Assembly (NCBI GenBank): GCA_043228905.1
Contig: JBHGNT010000017.1
Location: forward strand, 12,400,001 to 12,464,000
Source: Azolla caroliniana
Lineage: Eukaryota > Plantae > Polypodiophyta
Length of the DNA stretch: 64,000 nt
Reading direction: 5' to 3'
The notes beneath the pieces were generated by a model that was not told the origin of the DNA, did no database searches, and saw only the letters and a list, made by a program, of their open reading frames with translations. The translations under genes and the position numbers were made by a program. This document shows positions 47,320 to 59,509 of this stretch, one piece after another (position 1 is the first letter of the stretch; every line of letters begins with the position of its first letter).

Positions 47320-50262
47320 GTGAGAAATCGACATTCGGGCAAGAAGAAATATTGGTAGTCGGACATCTATGTGGGCCCTACGGCCAAAGACCGTCACCAA
47401 CCAAGATCGATGCAATTCAAGCTATGAAAGAAGTATGCGAGTCACAATCCGAAGTCCGAAGGTGTATTGGAGCATGTGCATTCTATCACATATGGATTCC
47501 ACACTATGCACATATTGCAGACCCACTCTATCACTTGTTGCGGAAGGGTAAGAAGTTCGAATGGGAACCGAAGCATACCAAAGCCGTGAAGAAGCTCAAG
47601 AAATCACTACGGAGGGCAAAAGCACTAAAGAAGCCGAACTATGACCGACCAATCATGGTAATGGTTGACACAAGTCCAACCGGAATCGGATGGGTCATCA
47701 ATCAAGCCGACTCAGATGGTTCGCGATATCCGATCGGATTTGGAGCAAAGGTTCTCAACGAAAGGCAACGCGGATATGCATGAGTCAAAAGAGAATTATG
47801 GGGAGTCATGTCGGCAATCAAATCGGATCGAGATTATTTGATCGGAGCCAAAGTAGTGATTGAAACGGATTGTCTTCCGATACTCGGGATGATGTGGTGT
47901 TGCACGATACCGGATGTGGCTATTCTAAGGTGGATTGCATATATAAGTCACTTAATCCGGAGGTACGACACATCTCCGAAAAAGACAACGCGGTAGCGGA
48001 TATGCTATCAAGGGCGCAGTTCGGAGATGACATAACCGAATCCGATAATGAAGAAGTTTCCGAAGACTACTTTGCTTCGGAGCACATATGTCGGGCAAAC
48101 GTAATCCTAGAATTCCGGGAAGAAGAATACGAGGGAGAAAGCTTGCTGATCAGGAAAGTGCTACAAGAAATCGAGGAATCATCAGACAATAAAGAAAAGA
48201 GAGCCGAGATCCAAAGTAAGAAGCGGCAAGTCCGAAAGTTCTTCTTGAAAAATGGATTAATATGGAGGGAGCCGAAAAGACCGGATGGCATACCACTTCG
48301 GGTAGTCGGGATGAAAGAGCAACGAAACCGGATAATGTCAGAGTTTCACGAATCCGATTGGGCTGGACATCGACGAACATGGGCAACTTTTCTGAAAATC
48401 AAACAAAAATATTGGTGGAAGAACATGTACAAAGATATAGCAGAGTTCACGGGAAGCTGCGAGAAGTGTCAAATCTACTCCGGAGTTTGACACCGAGATG
48501 AGATACATCCGACATTCTCACTGACAATCAACTTCAAATGGATGGTCAATATTGTAGCCATGCCAACCGGGATCGGACAAAAGAAGTACTTGGTGTTAGC
48601 TCGGGAAGATCTCACACACCAAGTAGTAGGTCGGGCGCTACGAAGGAAAATGTGTTCTGCGGTATGACAATTTCTTTTGGAGGAGGTGTTTTGCAGGTAC
48701 GGGTGTGTAGGACAAGTGATTGCGGCTCGGGGAGAACTCGACGCCGATAAAGCTAAGGAATTCTTCACCAAACATGGAGTTCGGTTAACACTAACAACAA
48801 CATACAATTCGGAGGCCAACGGGAAAATCGAACGAGGACATAGTCCGATCGTCAAAGCACTTGCCAAAGCATGCGATGGAAGGGTGAAGGATTGGCCGCA
48901 AATGCTTCCGTATGCACTATGGGCGGATCGGACGATGCATAGCTCCGTAACCAGTTACATGCCAGCAGAACTCATGACCGGACAAGCTCCAATAATGCCA
49001 ATGGAAACTGCGATCGCGACATGGACAGTGTTACCGTGGAAGGAAGAGATGAGCCGAGAAGAACTACTAGCGATCTGGATACGACAACTAGAGGGAAGAC
49101 TGGAAGACATAGCGGAAGCAATACGCTGACAACAAGAAGTGCGATTCCGGAATAAAAGCCGGTTCGACACAAAGCATCAACTACGACCGCGGAAGATTGA
49201 GGAAGGAGATTGGGTGATTGTCTATGACAGTAGTCTGGATCATCAACATACAACGATACGGAAGTTTGCGAAAAGGTGGTTCGGGTCATACGAGGTTCGG
49301 AAAGTTTTTGACAACGGAACTTACCGACTATGCGAGTTGGATGGGACGATACTATAAGTGCCTATAGCGGGAAATGGGTAAAGATCATCAAGAAGTGGAC
49401 TGACGAAGAACCCTATGTGATCCTAGAAAAGACTGACGAGGAGGAGCAATCGGACGAAGATCGCGGTGATGCGGAAAGCGAAAAAAGTGGATTACAACTC
49501 ATAGTCGACTTAAGGGGAGAATCGGAGGAAGCTTCGGATGAAGATGAATAGCAAGCATCGGGGACTTCGGCACATACCGGAGGATGTGCGGGTTCGGAGG
49601 GGCCAAGTGTCGTAGTGTGAATCACACACTACGTGAAATATGTAAAACTATATCCGATTTAGAGTACGTATAATAAATAATAAATAAAATACTAAAAATA
49701 TTTATTACGTGCATAGGGCAGGATTCGAACCCTGTACCTCCACGTAGACAAACCCCAGCCTTACTACTATACTAGCATATTATGAATTTTAAAGTTATAC
49801 TAAACTTTATCCCATGTAAAAAAATTCTAGATATGCATGGTACAAAAAGGTATTCATGCATACACACTCGAGTTAAAATAAAAGATGGGATAGAAAGCTA
49901 ATCATGCACATGCAGTGTGCATGAAAACTAAAGGTAGGAAAAGCATGATGCTTGCATGTGATAAACTTAGACTCTTCCAACACTATATAAGGAAGAGAGA
50001 AAGATGTATAGGGTTGTTAATTTTTTTTATAGGGATTGATTAATACAAAATATTCGTGGGATTCACGATTTTACCATCTAATTCTCTCTTACAATCTAAG
50101 TATCCATTAATACATTATACTCGTGGGACTCACGAGTTTCATATCTTCTTCTTACAATCTCTTCCTAACTAACATTAACTCATATTCTTCTTTCTCCTAG
50201 TCCAAAATCCCAGTGGTTCCCACCCGACTCATGCAAACGATCTGGCGCCGAAAGGCACAACA
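47320..50262 (+). mobile_element. 3' half of a Trp-PBS-family Gypsy (RT end, RH, IN, PPT, 3' LTR 49608-50262)
   Basis: Close to 29680-32737. GGAGGGGCCAAG precedes TGTCGTAGTG...GGCACAACA. The 5' part is deleted and there is no TSD. Confidence 0.9.
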
Positions 50263-51417
50263 ACGTGAGGTCCAACCGACCTATTATAAGCCAAGCATCC
50301 CACCAAGTGCATTTGAACAAGGCACTCATCATTGACATCTTTGGGGAGCCTCTGCATATGCGGCAAGCACGTCTTCTTCTAGTCCATGCCATCTATCATT
50401 AAGCACATGTATTGTTCGGGCCTCTTCAAACACTTCTCTCTATGATGCATCACCTTCTTTCGTTCTAACGATTGTGCCTCACGATGCTCTTGTAGTAACT
50501 TCTTACTCATATCGTTTTCCATTGATGTCTTTGCACCTTTAGCCAAACTTTATAAAATTTGCACAAATGGATCAATACCCCATTGCGTACTTTACGTGGA
50601 ATGATAACATTTGAAAACCGAACTCTCCATAATCTTGTGAATTGGCTATATGTGGCAGACTTATTACATGACCCCCCCATATCAGATAGATAGACATCAT
50701 AAACATCTCGACGTGTGTAATTATCAGAGAGCTGCATCCTACCTGTAGTGGGCATTACTTCACAATTTAACTGAAAGTAATTTTTCATCCAACCAATAGC
50801 ATGTCTTCCAATTGCACCTTTCATACTTGGAACCTCTTTACAATTGAGCATCTGATCCCCACTAAGTAGACGTTGTTGTACTCTATGTAGCCGCATGTTA
50901 CTAACACATAACGCAATTTTAAATGCAACTCTACATATCTGTTGCGCATGGAAGATATAATACTCGAATGATACTTTGATCCCCGTACATTTGTCAGACA
51001 CTAGTTCCATATGTGACCCGAGGTAAGTGTCTTGCTCATCACCAGTCATCGAAAAATAGTGTCGCCTTAATTCTCACAACTTTGATTTTCCAATCATAAA
51101 CATACAACCAAGGGCACAACATATTTTTTTGACATCAAATCCAATATGTTTATCTGATGTCACCAAGTTAAATCTAGCTAGACGAATTCTTCGTGGGATT
51201 CTTCTAATATGCATAGGGCTTCCGGATTTCTCTTCTTGCATAGAAGTTGGTGTAACCTTGTAACTATCCAATTATTTGTTGTGACCATCGCCCATGATAT
51301 TCGATGTTTCATTGGCACTACCTTCATTCTCCGTATCTTTATTAATATCGTATTCTTCAATAGAGAACTCTTCACATGTGTCATTATTCACTTTCATTGT
51401 AGGTGAAGATGAGCTCA

Positions 51418-51570
51418 GACAATACTCTTCGATAGAATATGGTGAGTCTGTCGATAGACAATATTCCTCAATAGAAAATGGTGAGTCTGTCGACAAACAG
51501 TACTCTTCGGTAGATAACGAAGAGTCTGATGACAAACAATATTATTCAATCGAGAACGGTGAATCTTCAC
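51418..51570 (-). repeat. Coding 39-bp tandem repeat (x4) at the transposase N-terminus
   Basis: Translates as repeated DSP(F/Y)SIEEYCLS(S/T). Confidence 0.8.
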
Positions 51571-52239
51571 TCATGGCTTAAGGTCCACACAGAGCTCTTT
51601 AAGTTATATGCTTAGGCTAACATAAAAAATTGATAAGCTACTCTCTAAACATATACTCCTCTCTAAACATAAACTCCTCTCTAAACAGAAGCTCCCTCAA
51701 TATAATGTCTATATTATTTAATATTATATTAATACAATACATAAAGATATTATTTTTAATATAATAATTTTATTCAACATATTAATAATTACTTAAACTA
51801 GTCTGTATAAAGTTAAATCAAGTAAAATATAATTACAATCATTATCAAGCCATATATATGTTGGATTAAAGTTAAAATCAATGGTTAATTAATGGCACCC
51901 ATATTTAATATAGAATTTCTCAGTCATTGGTTCATTCATGCCAACCATTTTAAATATAAGACTTTTCAATCATTGGTTCATTCATGCCCACATCTTTAAT
52001 ACAACGCAATTAAGCGTCATAAAAATGTTGCTTTGAGTAATCAATCATTGGTTCATTCATGAACCTCTATCATTGTTAGTTACAAAGTCATGTAACCTTG
52101 TTAATATCATCAATATGTTAGTTTGACTTTGTAATCATTGATGCAATCATAAGTAACTATGGTTACTAACTAACTAACCTCAAGCTTGCCAACCTTGGTT
52201 AAGGTGATTGTGGTTACTTTAACCACTATAGTCAATCCC

Positions 52240-52247
52240 TATAAATA
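52240..52247 (+). promoter_or_regulatory. TATA box of the ParB-MTase gene
   Basis: CCCTATAAATAGG followed by a CA-rich leader and CCACCATG at 52373. Confidence 0.6.
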
Positions 52248-52454
52248 GGAAGACCTTGTCATATTTCAATCACACAAAGCACAAGAGCACATAGAGGAAA
52301 CAAAGCAAATAGAGCACACAGATCACGAAGCACAAAAGCGTGATCTCCGCCTAAACTTCGACAAGATCCACCATGTCTTCAAAGAAAATCGAGTGCCAGG
52401 ACTCTAGGTAGGCCTCTGACACTGTGGACATTTTTGTAAATATGTTTTAGCACT

Positions 52455-52989
52455 CAAGAACTCGATACAGCGTATCGGGTTTTTGGTTGAAGTTTAGGTT
52501 TTATACAAGAACTCGATACGGCGTATCGAGTTCTTGTTAAAAGTTTGTGTTTTAAACAGGAATTGGATGCGCTGTATCGAGTTCCTGTATAAAGTTGTGT
52601 TTTATACAAGAACTCGATACGGCGTATGGAGTTCTTGTTAAAAGTTTGTGTTTTAAACAAGAACTCGATACGACGTATCGAGTTCCTGTATAAAACAACT
52701 TTATATAGGAACTCGATATGGCGTATCAAGTTCTTGTTTAAAGTTTAGGTTTTATACAGGAACTCGATATGCCATATCAAGTTCTTGTCTTATGTTCTTG
52801 TGTTATACAGGAACTCGATACGGCGTATTGAGTTCTTGTAAAACACGAACATAATACAGGAACTTGATACGCCGTATCGAGTTCCTGTTTCAAGTTTACT
52901 TTTTGTACTGGAACTCGATACGCCGTATCGAGTTCCTGTGTATAGTATGTGTTTGATACATGAACTCGATACCCTGCATTGAGTTCATG
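52455..52989. repeat. Array of 11 palindromic 31-bp units with 17-20-bp AT-rich spacers (period 48-51 bp)
   Basis: Consensus CA(A/G)GAACTCGATAC-G(G/C)C-GTATCGAGTTC(T/C)TG, starting at 52455, 52506, 52557, 52607, 52658, 52706, 52757, 52808, 52857, 52908 and 52959. Confidence 0.95.
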
Positions 52990-53023
52990 TATAAACACAA
53001 ACTCTATGCAGGTACAATTTAGT

Positions 53024-53236
53024 ATTGTCGGAAAAGTTATCTAACTTCTGCCAAATTTAGACATTTTTTATGGAGATTTGCCATATTTTGTAGCAAATAG
53101 GGGGCTAAATTATAGATGTTTTATGACCTATTGTCTGAAAAGTTATCTAACTTCTACCAAATTTAGACATTTTTTATGGAGATTTGCCATATTTTGTAGC
53201 AAATAGGGGGCTAAATTATAGATGCTTTATGACCTA
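53024..53236 (+). repeat. 106-bp tandem duplication in intron 1
   Basis: GAAAAGTTATCTAACTTCT...TTATGACCTA at 53031 and 53137. Confidence 0.9.
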
Positions 53237-55538
53237 GTGTAGCTTAAAATAGTAGAAAGTAACCCACAAATTACCTTTACGATACCAAATTCAAGTCTAT
53301 CATAAGCAAATTCTCTAGAATATGGACATGGAATCAATATAAGCCATACCCACCCTTCAAGATAACATATATCCTTGTATACTTATTAAGATATTTATTT
53401 CTAAGTTGAATAGCCCTTACTAGAATGGATTTCTAAATAAAGGACTACCATGTTCACTCAATGCATGATTTATTTTTTTAGTTTGCCACAAATTGTCTGC
53501 TAGTTCTTGTCGTCGTCTAATTATGTGTATTTTAATACACAACCTTAATATAGGTTGACACCTAACTTATGTTTTCGCATGCCCTTTCTTAAATAGGTCA
53601 TTTGAGAACTTGTCAGACCGACTTGTGAAGAAGATAAAGCTTCGGATACAGGGCTCTTCAATTGAAACCCAGAACATAATAGCTCCCGAGAACATGAAGA
53701 GAGGAAAGAAGCTTCTCTTCAACGAGGAAACAAAATCTCAACCACCCAATGAGGTCAGCCAGAAGAAACTATTAGCAGCTACTGGTGGTGAAGACCTTCC
53801 TGACCGTGATCTAACGGACAAGGAATGGTGTATGCAATACGTTGACTTCAAGAAAAAAGTCGTGTTGGATACTGCAAAGAAGAAGGGCAAGGGGCAGCTT
53901 GAAAATGAAACCACATTTATGTTTGGCCGTATTCTATGATTTGACTACGAAGATTTAGATTCGGCCAATATACTTGTAATGATAGAGTGCTCTAAGGGGG
54001 TACGTAAAGTGTTCCTTTCTGAAGATCTTCTAGTAAAGGAATCTTGTGGGCCAGAACCTTTTAAAAAAGATCTAGAAAGCTCCCAGAACCTTATTGTTAC
54101 CTTGAGGCCTTATATACAAGGCCATGTAAGTCTAAGGGAGCCATTGCCCTGCCTAGTAAAGGCCCCGAAAAGGGCATCTAAAGTACAATCAAGACCACCA
54201 AAGAAGAAGACCACTAAAATGTCGAACTCCGACTCATCAAGCTCAAACAAAGATGAGGACACTAAGGGGATGCCAGGAGCTGAGCTGGCATCAGGTGTGT
54301 TGTCATCCAAGCAGAATAAGATACGGAGAGAGTTAATGCAACGGAAACTGGTCAGGAAAGGGCAAGTGTTTAATTTGCCTATAACACACATCCATCGGCT
54401 CCCTATTGATGAAAAAATAGGACGAAGACCACTTGAGATTAGAGAGCCACACCGAATGCATGTTCAAAATCTCAAGAAAAAAATGAAAATTAATCCACAT
54501 GCTACCATTGTGCCTTTATTGTTATGGTGGATCCTGAAGAATGTGAAACCATTGAAGATTTTGATATAAGAAAGCATGATCAATATAATTACTTTGTTAT
54601 TGGTGGATCGCATTCGGTGGAGGCACGTCGGCAACTTGTCAAAGAACATCCAATGACTTTCTTCTTCAAGTATGCCGAGTGCAAAATTTACGTGGGTCTC
54701 ACAGCTGAAGAGGCAAAGTTGTTGGCACGAGACCACAATAATGATAATGACTATAGACAGAAAATGTTGTCGATTGAGAGTATAAGGTTCTTCCACCACG
54801 AGTATTTGGACGTTAAACAAAAGTTTGGTGTGAAGCTACATCTAGGGCTACAACGTCAATGCTTGCATGAAGTAGGCATTGTGGTAGATGATAATGTTAA
54901 GTCTGATGGTCTTCGAAAATATGAGTCTTGGTTTCAACTGGCCTTTAGAGATGGAGAAGTATGGGACCTACATGATCAAATCTTCTCAATGTGGGAGAAT
55001 AAGGAGGTCAAGGGTCAACGACAAAATAAAGGTAAGGTTGACCCTCAACTAGAATTAAAGTCACAAGTGGCCAAGAAAATTGACTTGACAATTGAAGAAG
55101 CGGCTGACGACATTAAGCTGTCTTTGTGGAGAGCGATGCAAGGTATTAAGGACAAGCAACTTCTTGTGTCTATGTTGTCAAGGGTTGTGGCCAAAGATTT
55201 AAGCCTTGAAGAAATGGTCATTGAGTTCAATAAGTAAGTCTTTCAAATACTGATATTGAAGTCTATATAGTGCAATTGAAAGTTCTAATCTCGTTTTCTA
55301 ATTTCATAGTCATAAGGTGTACATGAAGATCCAAGAAGTTATGATGAAACAACTTGGATGTATAACTTAGGAACAAGTGACCGAGGATTATCCTCTAACG
55401 TCTTCATATAAGGCGTTATCGGAGTATTTTATTGCATTCAAGGATTGGGTTAGTATTGGTGGTTTTTCATTAAGCTTTCATCATATGTAGAGCTTGTATA
55501 ATAAAACTTGATGTCCTATTGCTTCTATTAGAAACCGT

Positions 55539-56638
55539 TGTCCCGCCTTTCGGCGTCGGATCGTTACGTGAGTCGGGTGGGAACCACTAGGGTTTTGAAC
55601 TAGGAGGAGGAAGAATTTGAGACGATTCTAATTATGAGTAGATTATTAGAAACTTGTGAATCCCACAAGTATAATGTATTTTATTGATTAATATTTATGT
55701 AAGAATAAGTATTTAGATTGATAGAGAAAGATATAGAAATATCATGAATCCCACGAGTATAGATTATTAATTGGTGTTTTAGGAAATATATCCAATTTCC
55801 CAAATATTTCACACACCTTTTACATTGTGCTCCCTATCCTTATGTAGTGATGAGGGAGTCTTAGTAATCCATGCTTTTTTTTTCCAACTATAGACTCCAT
55901 GCTTTTCCTATAGATAGACTATATGCTTTACCTAAAGTGATCATGTTATTCCTAACTTGTGCGTTTTTTTATTATAAAATATAGCGTTCATACACGTTAG
56001 AGGTGCATGCGTAGTTTTTTTCTTTTAACATGCGTTTTCTTTTAACTAAAGTTTATCTTAGGTGAACTTAGCTTTCTATGTGGGACATCTACTTTTTATT
56101 CGGTACTTATCTAAAGTAGATGTCCCACATAGAAAGCTAACTTCAGCTAAGATAAACTTTAGTTAAAAGAAAACGCATGCGTGTATGAACGCTATAGTTT
56201 ATAATAAAAAAACGCACAAGTTAGAAAAAGCATGATCACTTTAGATAAAGCATATAGTCTATCAATAGGAAAAGCATGGAGTCTATAGTTAGAAAAAAAA
56301 AAGCATGGATTACTAAGACTCCCTCATCACTACATAAGGATCGGGAGCACAATGTAAAAGGTGTGTGAAATATTTGGGAAATTGGATATATTTCCTAAAA
56401 CACCAATTAATAAACTATACTCGTGGGATTCACGAGATTTCTATATCCTTCTCTATCAATCTAAATACATATTCTTACATAAATATTAATCAATAAAATA
56501 CATTATACTTGTGGGATTCACAAGTTTCTAATAATCTACTCATAATTAGAATCGTCTCAAATTCTTCCTCCTCCTAGTCCAAAACCCCAACGGTTCCCAC
56601 CCGACTCACGTAACGATCCGACGCCGAAAGGCAAGACA
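55539..56638. repeat. ~550-bp inverted repeat made of two partial Gypsy LTRs, followed by Trp-PBS and a gag start
   Basis: 55539-56095 is the reverse complement of 56113-56638, apart from one short indel. Loop ~17 nt. PBS-like TGGTGAACAACGTGAA at 56643. Confidence 0.9.
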
Positions 56639-58325
56639 CAAGTGGTGAACAACGTGAAGACGGGTGGCAAGGAGATGGAGAATCAACAATAGGCGATGAA
56701 CATGATGATGATGATGATTGAGTGGATGCAACAAGAACAACGCGCGATGACGGGTCAAAGTATAAATTATAACTCATTTTATTAGTATGGTTACAAGTAC
56801 ACCTTATATTTTTGTAAAACTTACTAAATTAATATAAGTCTTTAACTTAGTGTTTCCCATGTCGCACCTTAGTGACATATTGAGCCATTGTTGAACTTTA
56901 TTATGCCTACATTACCTTATCAACACGTCCAAACTTGCATGATTTCTAATGATCTCCACTTGTAGACCTATCATGTATTTTTATATTTGCAAATTCTAAT
57001 CAAGTTGTGAAACAATTGATACTAGTACATCCAATTTTTGTAGAGAGGGTGTATTTGGATAGTTTCAAGAAGATTCTACAAGTGGAATGCGCAATCCTTC
57101 CACTTGTGAACGCGAACGTGTTTATGTACCCAACCAGATATCGGATATACAGTCGGAGTGGTGAGCCGGTTCATGAGCAATCCTGACAAAGAGCATTGGA
57201 ACGCGATCAAGTGGATACTCCGGTATTTGAAAGGCACTTCGAGTATGTGCCTCCGGTTCGGCTCCGGTAATCCCCAACTTGACGTATTCATGGATTCGGT
57301 TGATGTGGATACCAACCGGTCTACATCCGGATATGTCATGACTTATGCAGGGGGAGCTGTATCATGGCAGTCGAGGATGTAGAAGGCGGTTGCGTTGTCA
57401 ACCACGGAGCCGGAATACATGGCAACTGTAGAATCCGGCAAGTAGATAATCTAGATGAAGGACTTCATCGGAGAGCTAAGGATCCAACAGGAGGAATACC
57501 GACTCTACTACGACAGTCAAAGTGCCATCCACCTTGCAAACAACGTGGCCTACCATTACCCGACGAAACATATCCAACGGAGGTACCACTAGATCCGAGA
57601 GAGAGTAGAAGATCAAGAGCTCATGCTGACGAACATCCACACAGAGGAGAACGGGTCGGATATGCTAACCAAGGTGTAGACAACCGACAAGCTAGACGTG
57701 TGCTGAAAGCGAATCGCGCTGACAACACATCCCAGGTCGGAGTGAAGGGGGAGATTGTTGGGAAATTGGTCTCTCCGGATGGGATCCGGTGATGAATAAA
57801 GAGGAACCGGTAAGAACCGGAAGAGATCCAGAAACCGGAGGAGCCCTGGTGAGAACCGGAAGAGAGCTGGTGAGAATAGGAAGAGAATACATATCTGTAA
57901 ATATGTTTTGAGTAAGCCTACTAAGGCTATATTTGTAAATAGCCCTAAGTTCATATAAGTATAAATATGACTTAGGGCAATCACTTTAAACTAGTTGTTG
58001 TTGTTGTTGTCATATTGTAGCATAGAGAGAGTGATAGAGAGAGAGAGAGAGCGAGATACAGAGAGATACTCTGTTGTAACCGTCGGGTGGTGAGGATACA
58101 AAGCTTGAGGTCGTTGCCTCCGAGGCTCTAATTTTACCATTCTCCTATACTGATAGTTGGAGTTTGTGGGCTCCCGTGGTTTGTTTTTCCCTATTTGGGT
58201 TTTCCACGTAAACATCTTGTGTATTTCCTTTGTGTACTCTCCACTTCCCATTTCTATGTTTGATTCTCATTAAAGTGATTCATTACTCGGTTGTGGCCGA
58301 GTTTTATTCTACGCTATTCTCAACA

Positions 58326-59490
58326 GTGGCCAAGGACGCGGATTGGCGTGCATCAATGGAGGAAGAGATGCGGCCACTTGATGCCAACGACACATGGGAC
58401 ATGGTTGATCCTCCCCGACATTGCAAACCGATTAGTTGCAAGTGGGTGTACAAGGTGAAGTACAATGTCGACGGTTCGGTGAACTGGTACAAGGCCAAGT
58501 TAGTGGCCAAAGGATATGCTCAGACCCATTGAATCGACTAGGACGAGACCTTCACTCCGGTAGTGAAGATGATGACGGTTCATGTGGTGTTAGTGGTTGT
58601 TGCGGAAAGGGGGTGGCATCTTCAGCAAATGGACATGAAGAATGCATTTTTTCAAGGTGACCCTGAAGAACAGGTTTACATGATCTAGCCCCCTGGATTT
58701 CAGTCGGAGATGAACAAGTTTGCAGTTTTCCGGCTCAAGAAGTCGCTTTATCGCTTGAAGCAAGCTTGGAATTCGAAGATAACGCATCGGTTGCGTAAGA
58801 TGGGGTTTGTGGCCTCAAAATCAGGTCCCAAAAGGCCGATATGTATCCTGTTATATGTGGACAATCTAGTCATCACCGGACCTAGACTCGCTGAAATCGT
58901 TCGAATAAAGTCCCAACAAGTTGAAAACATTCTAATTTTTCTGTAAATTCTTTCGTAGCTGAGAACAACTGAAAGTATTTTTGTACTCTTTCTCTTAAGA
59001 GTAATTGAATGACGAGGACTTGGGGGACCTTCATTATTTCCTCGAGATCGAAGTGATCCACACCCCCAATGGCATATTGCTCTCAAAATGACACTATGAG
59101 CTGAATATGTTGTACAAGTTCGGCATGAAGGATTGCCAACCAGTCTCCACACCCCTAGATTGGAACCTAAAGCTTCGCTCGACTCCGGACCAGTCTGCAC
59201 CGAGAAGCGGCTCCAACAAATTATCGGAAGCCTCATCTATCTTACTATTACTTGACCCGACATCAGCTACCCAATCGAGGTGATAAGTCAATTTATGCAG
59301 AAGCAGACTGTTGGGCACCTTTAGTGTGCACACCGAATACTCAAGTATGTTAGTGGCACTAAGGATCAGGAACTGTTGAACTGACATAGTATAACAAAAA
59401 TGCTAGTCAGTTATGCGGATACCGACTAGGCCGGTGGCACGTCGGATCGTCGGTCCACATCCGGTTTTATGTTCTCTATAGGTAGTGCGG
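58326..59490 (+). pseudogene. Copia RT/RNase H fragment of the 35447-41207 family
   Basis: [30 protein letters not shown]. Many stops. Confidence 0.85.
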
Positions 59491-59509
59491 AGAAGCAAAA
59501 AGCAGCCAA

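Larger units (their letters stand above)
45875..51574 (-). pseudogene. Sola-like DDD transposase, split by a Gypsy fragment (47320-50262), with stops and a frameshift
   Basis: ATG 51574, CCALGC and ICRVAF N-terminal region, IDGMD*KKTCLPH (~50390), LYIQLDNTARENKN, FLLVGHTHDHIDQMFS. The 4-bp TSD agrees with Sola. Confidence 0.8.
52373..55536 (+). pseudogene. 5' part of the ParB-MTase gene in copy 2; MTase exons deleted
   Basis: Exon 1 52373-52407 (AG|GTAGG) splices in frame to 53597 (ATAG|G), giving MSSKKIECQDSRSFENLSDRLVKK. TGA at 53937, 1-bp deletion at ~54515. From 54111 it matches copy 1 until the LTR insertion at 55539. Confidence 0.8.
45507..57122. mobile_element. TIR DNA transposon copy 2 (Sola-like): transposase, palindrome array and 5' part of the ParB-MTase gene
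   Basis: Same 36-bp TIRs (45507-45542, 57087-57122). TSD TATG (45503-06, 57123-26). Subterminal regions match copy 1. Confidence 0.95.
42075..58325 (+). mobile_element. Tnt1/Tork-like Copia retrotransposon, interrupted by DNA transposon copy 2
   Basis: Degenerate PBS-Met at ~42095. gag (KLTGSNYSVWK), IN (LVHTDLC, QNGLAERMN), RT (LYVDDML). RT rejoins as MV-C-TQPDI across 45506/57127. PPT GAAGGGGGAGA, then 3' LTR 57756-58325. Confidence 0.92.

Noticed and set aside
52455-52989. CRISPR array
   Set aside because: Spacers are only 17-20 nt, AT-rich and related to one another (two are identical), units occur in both orientations, there are no cas genes, and the context is a eukaryotic intron.
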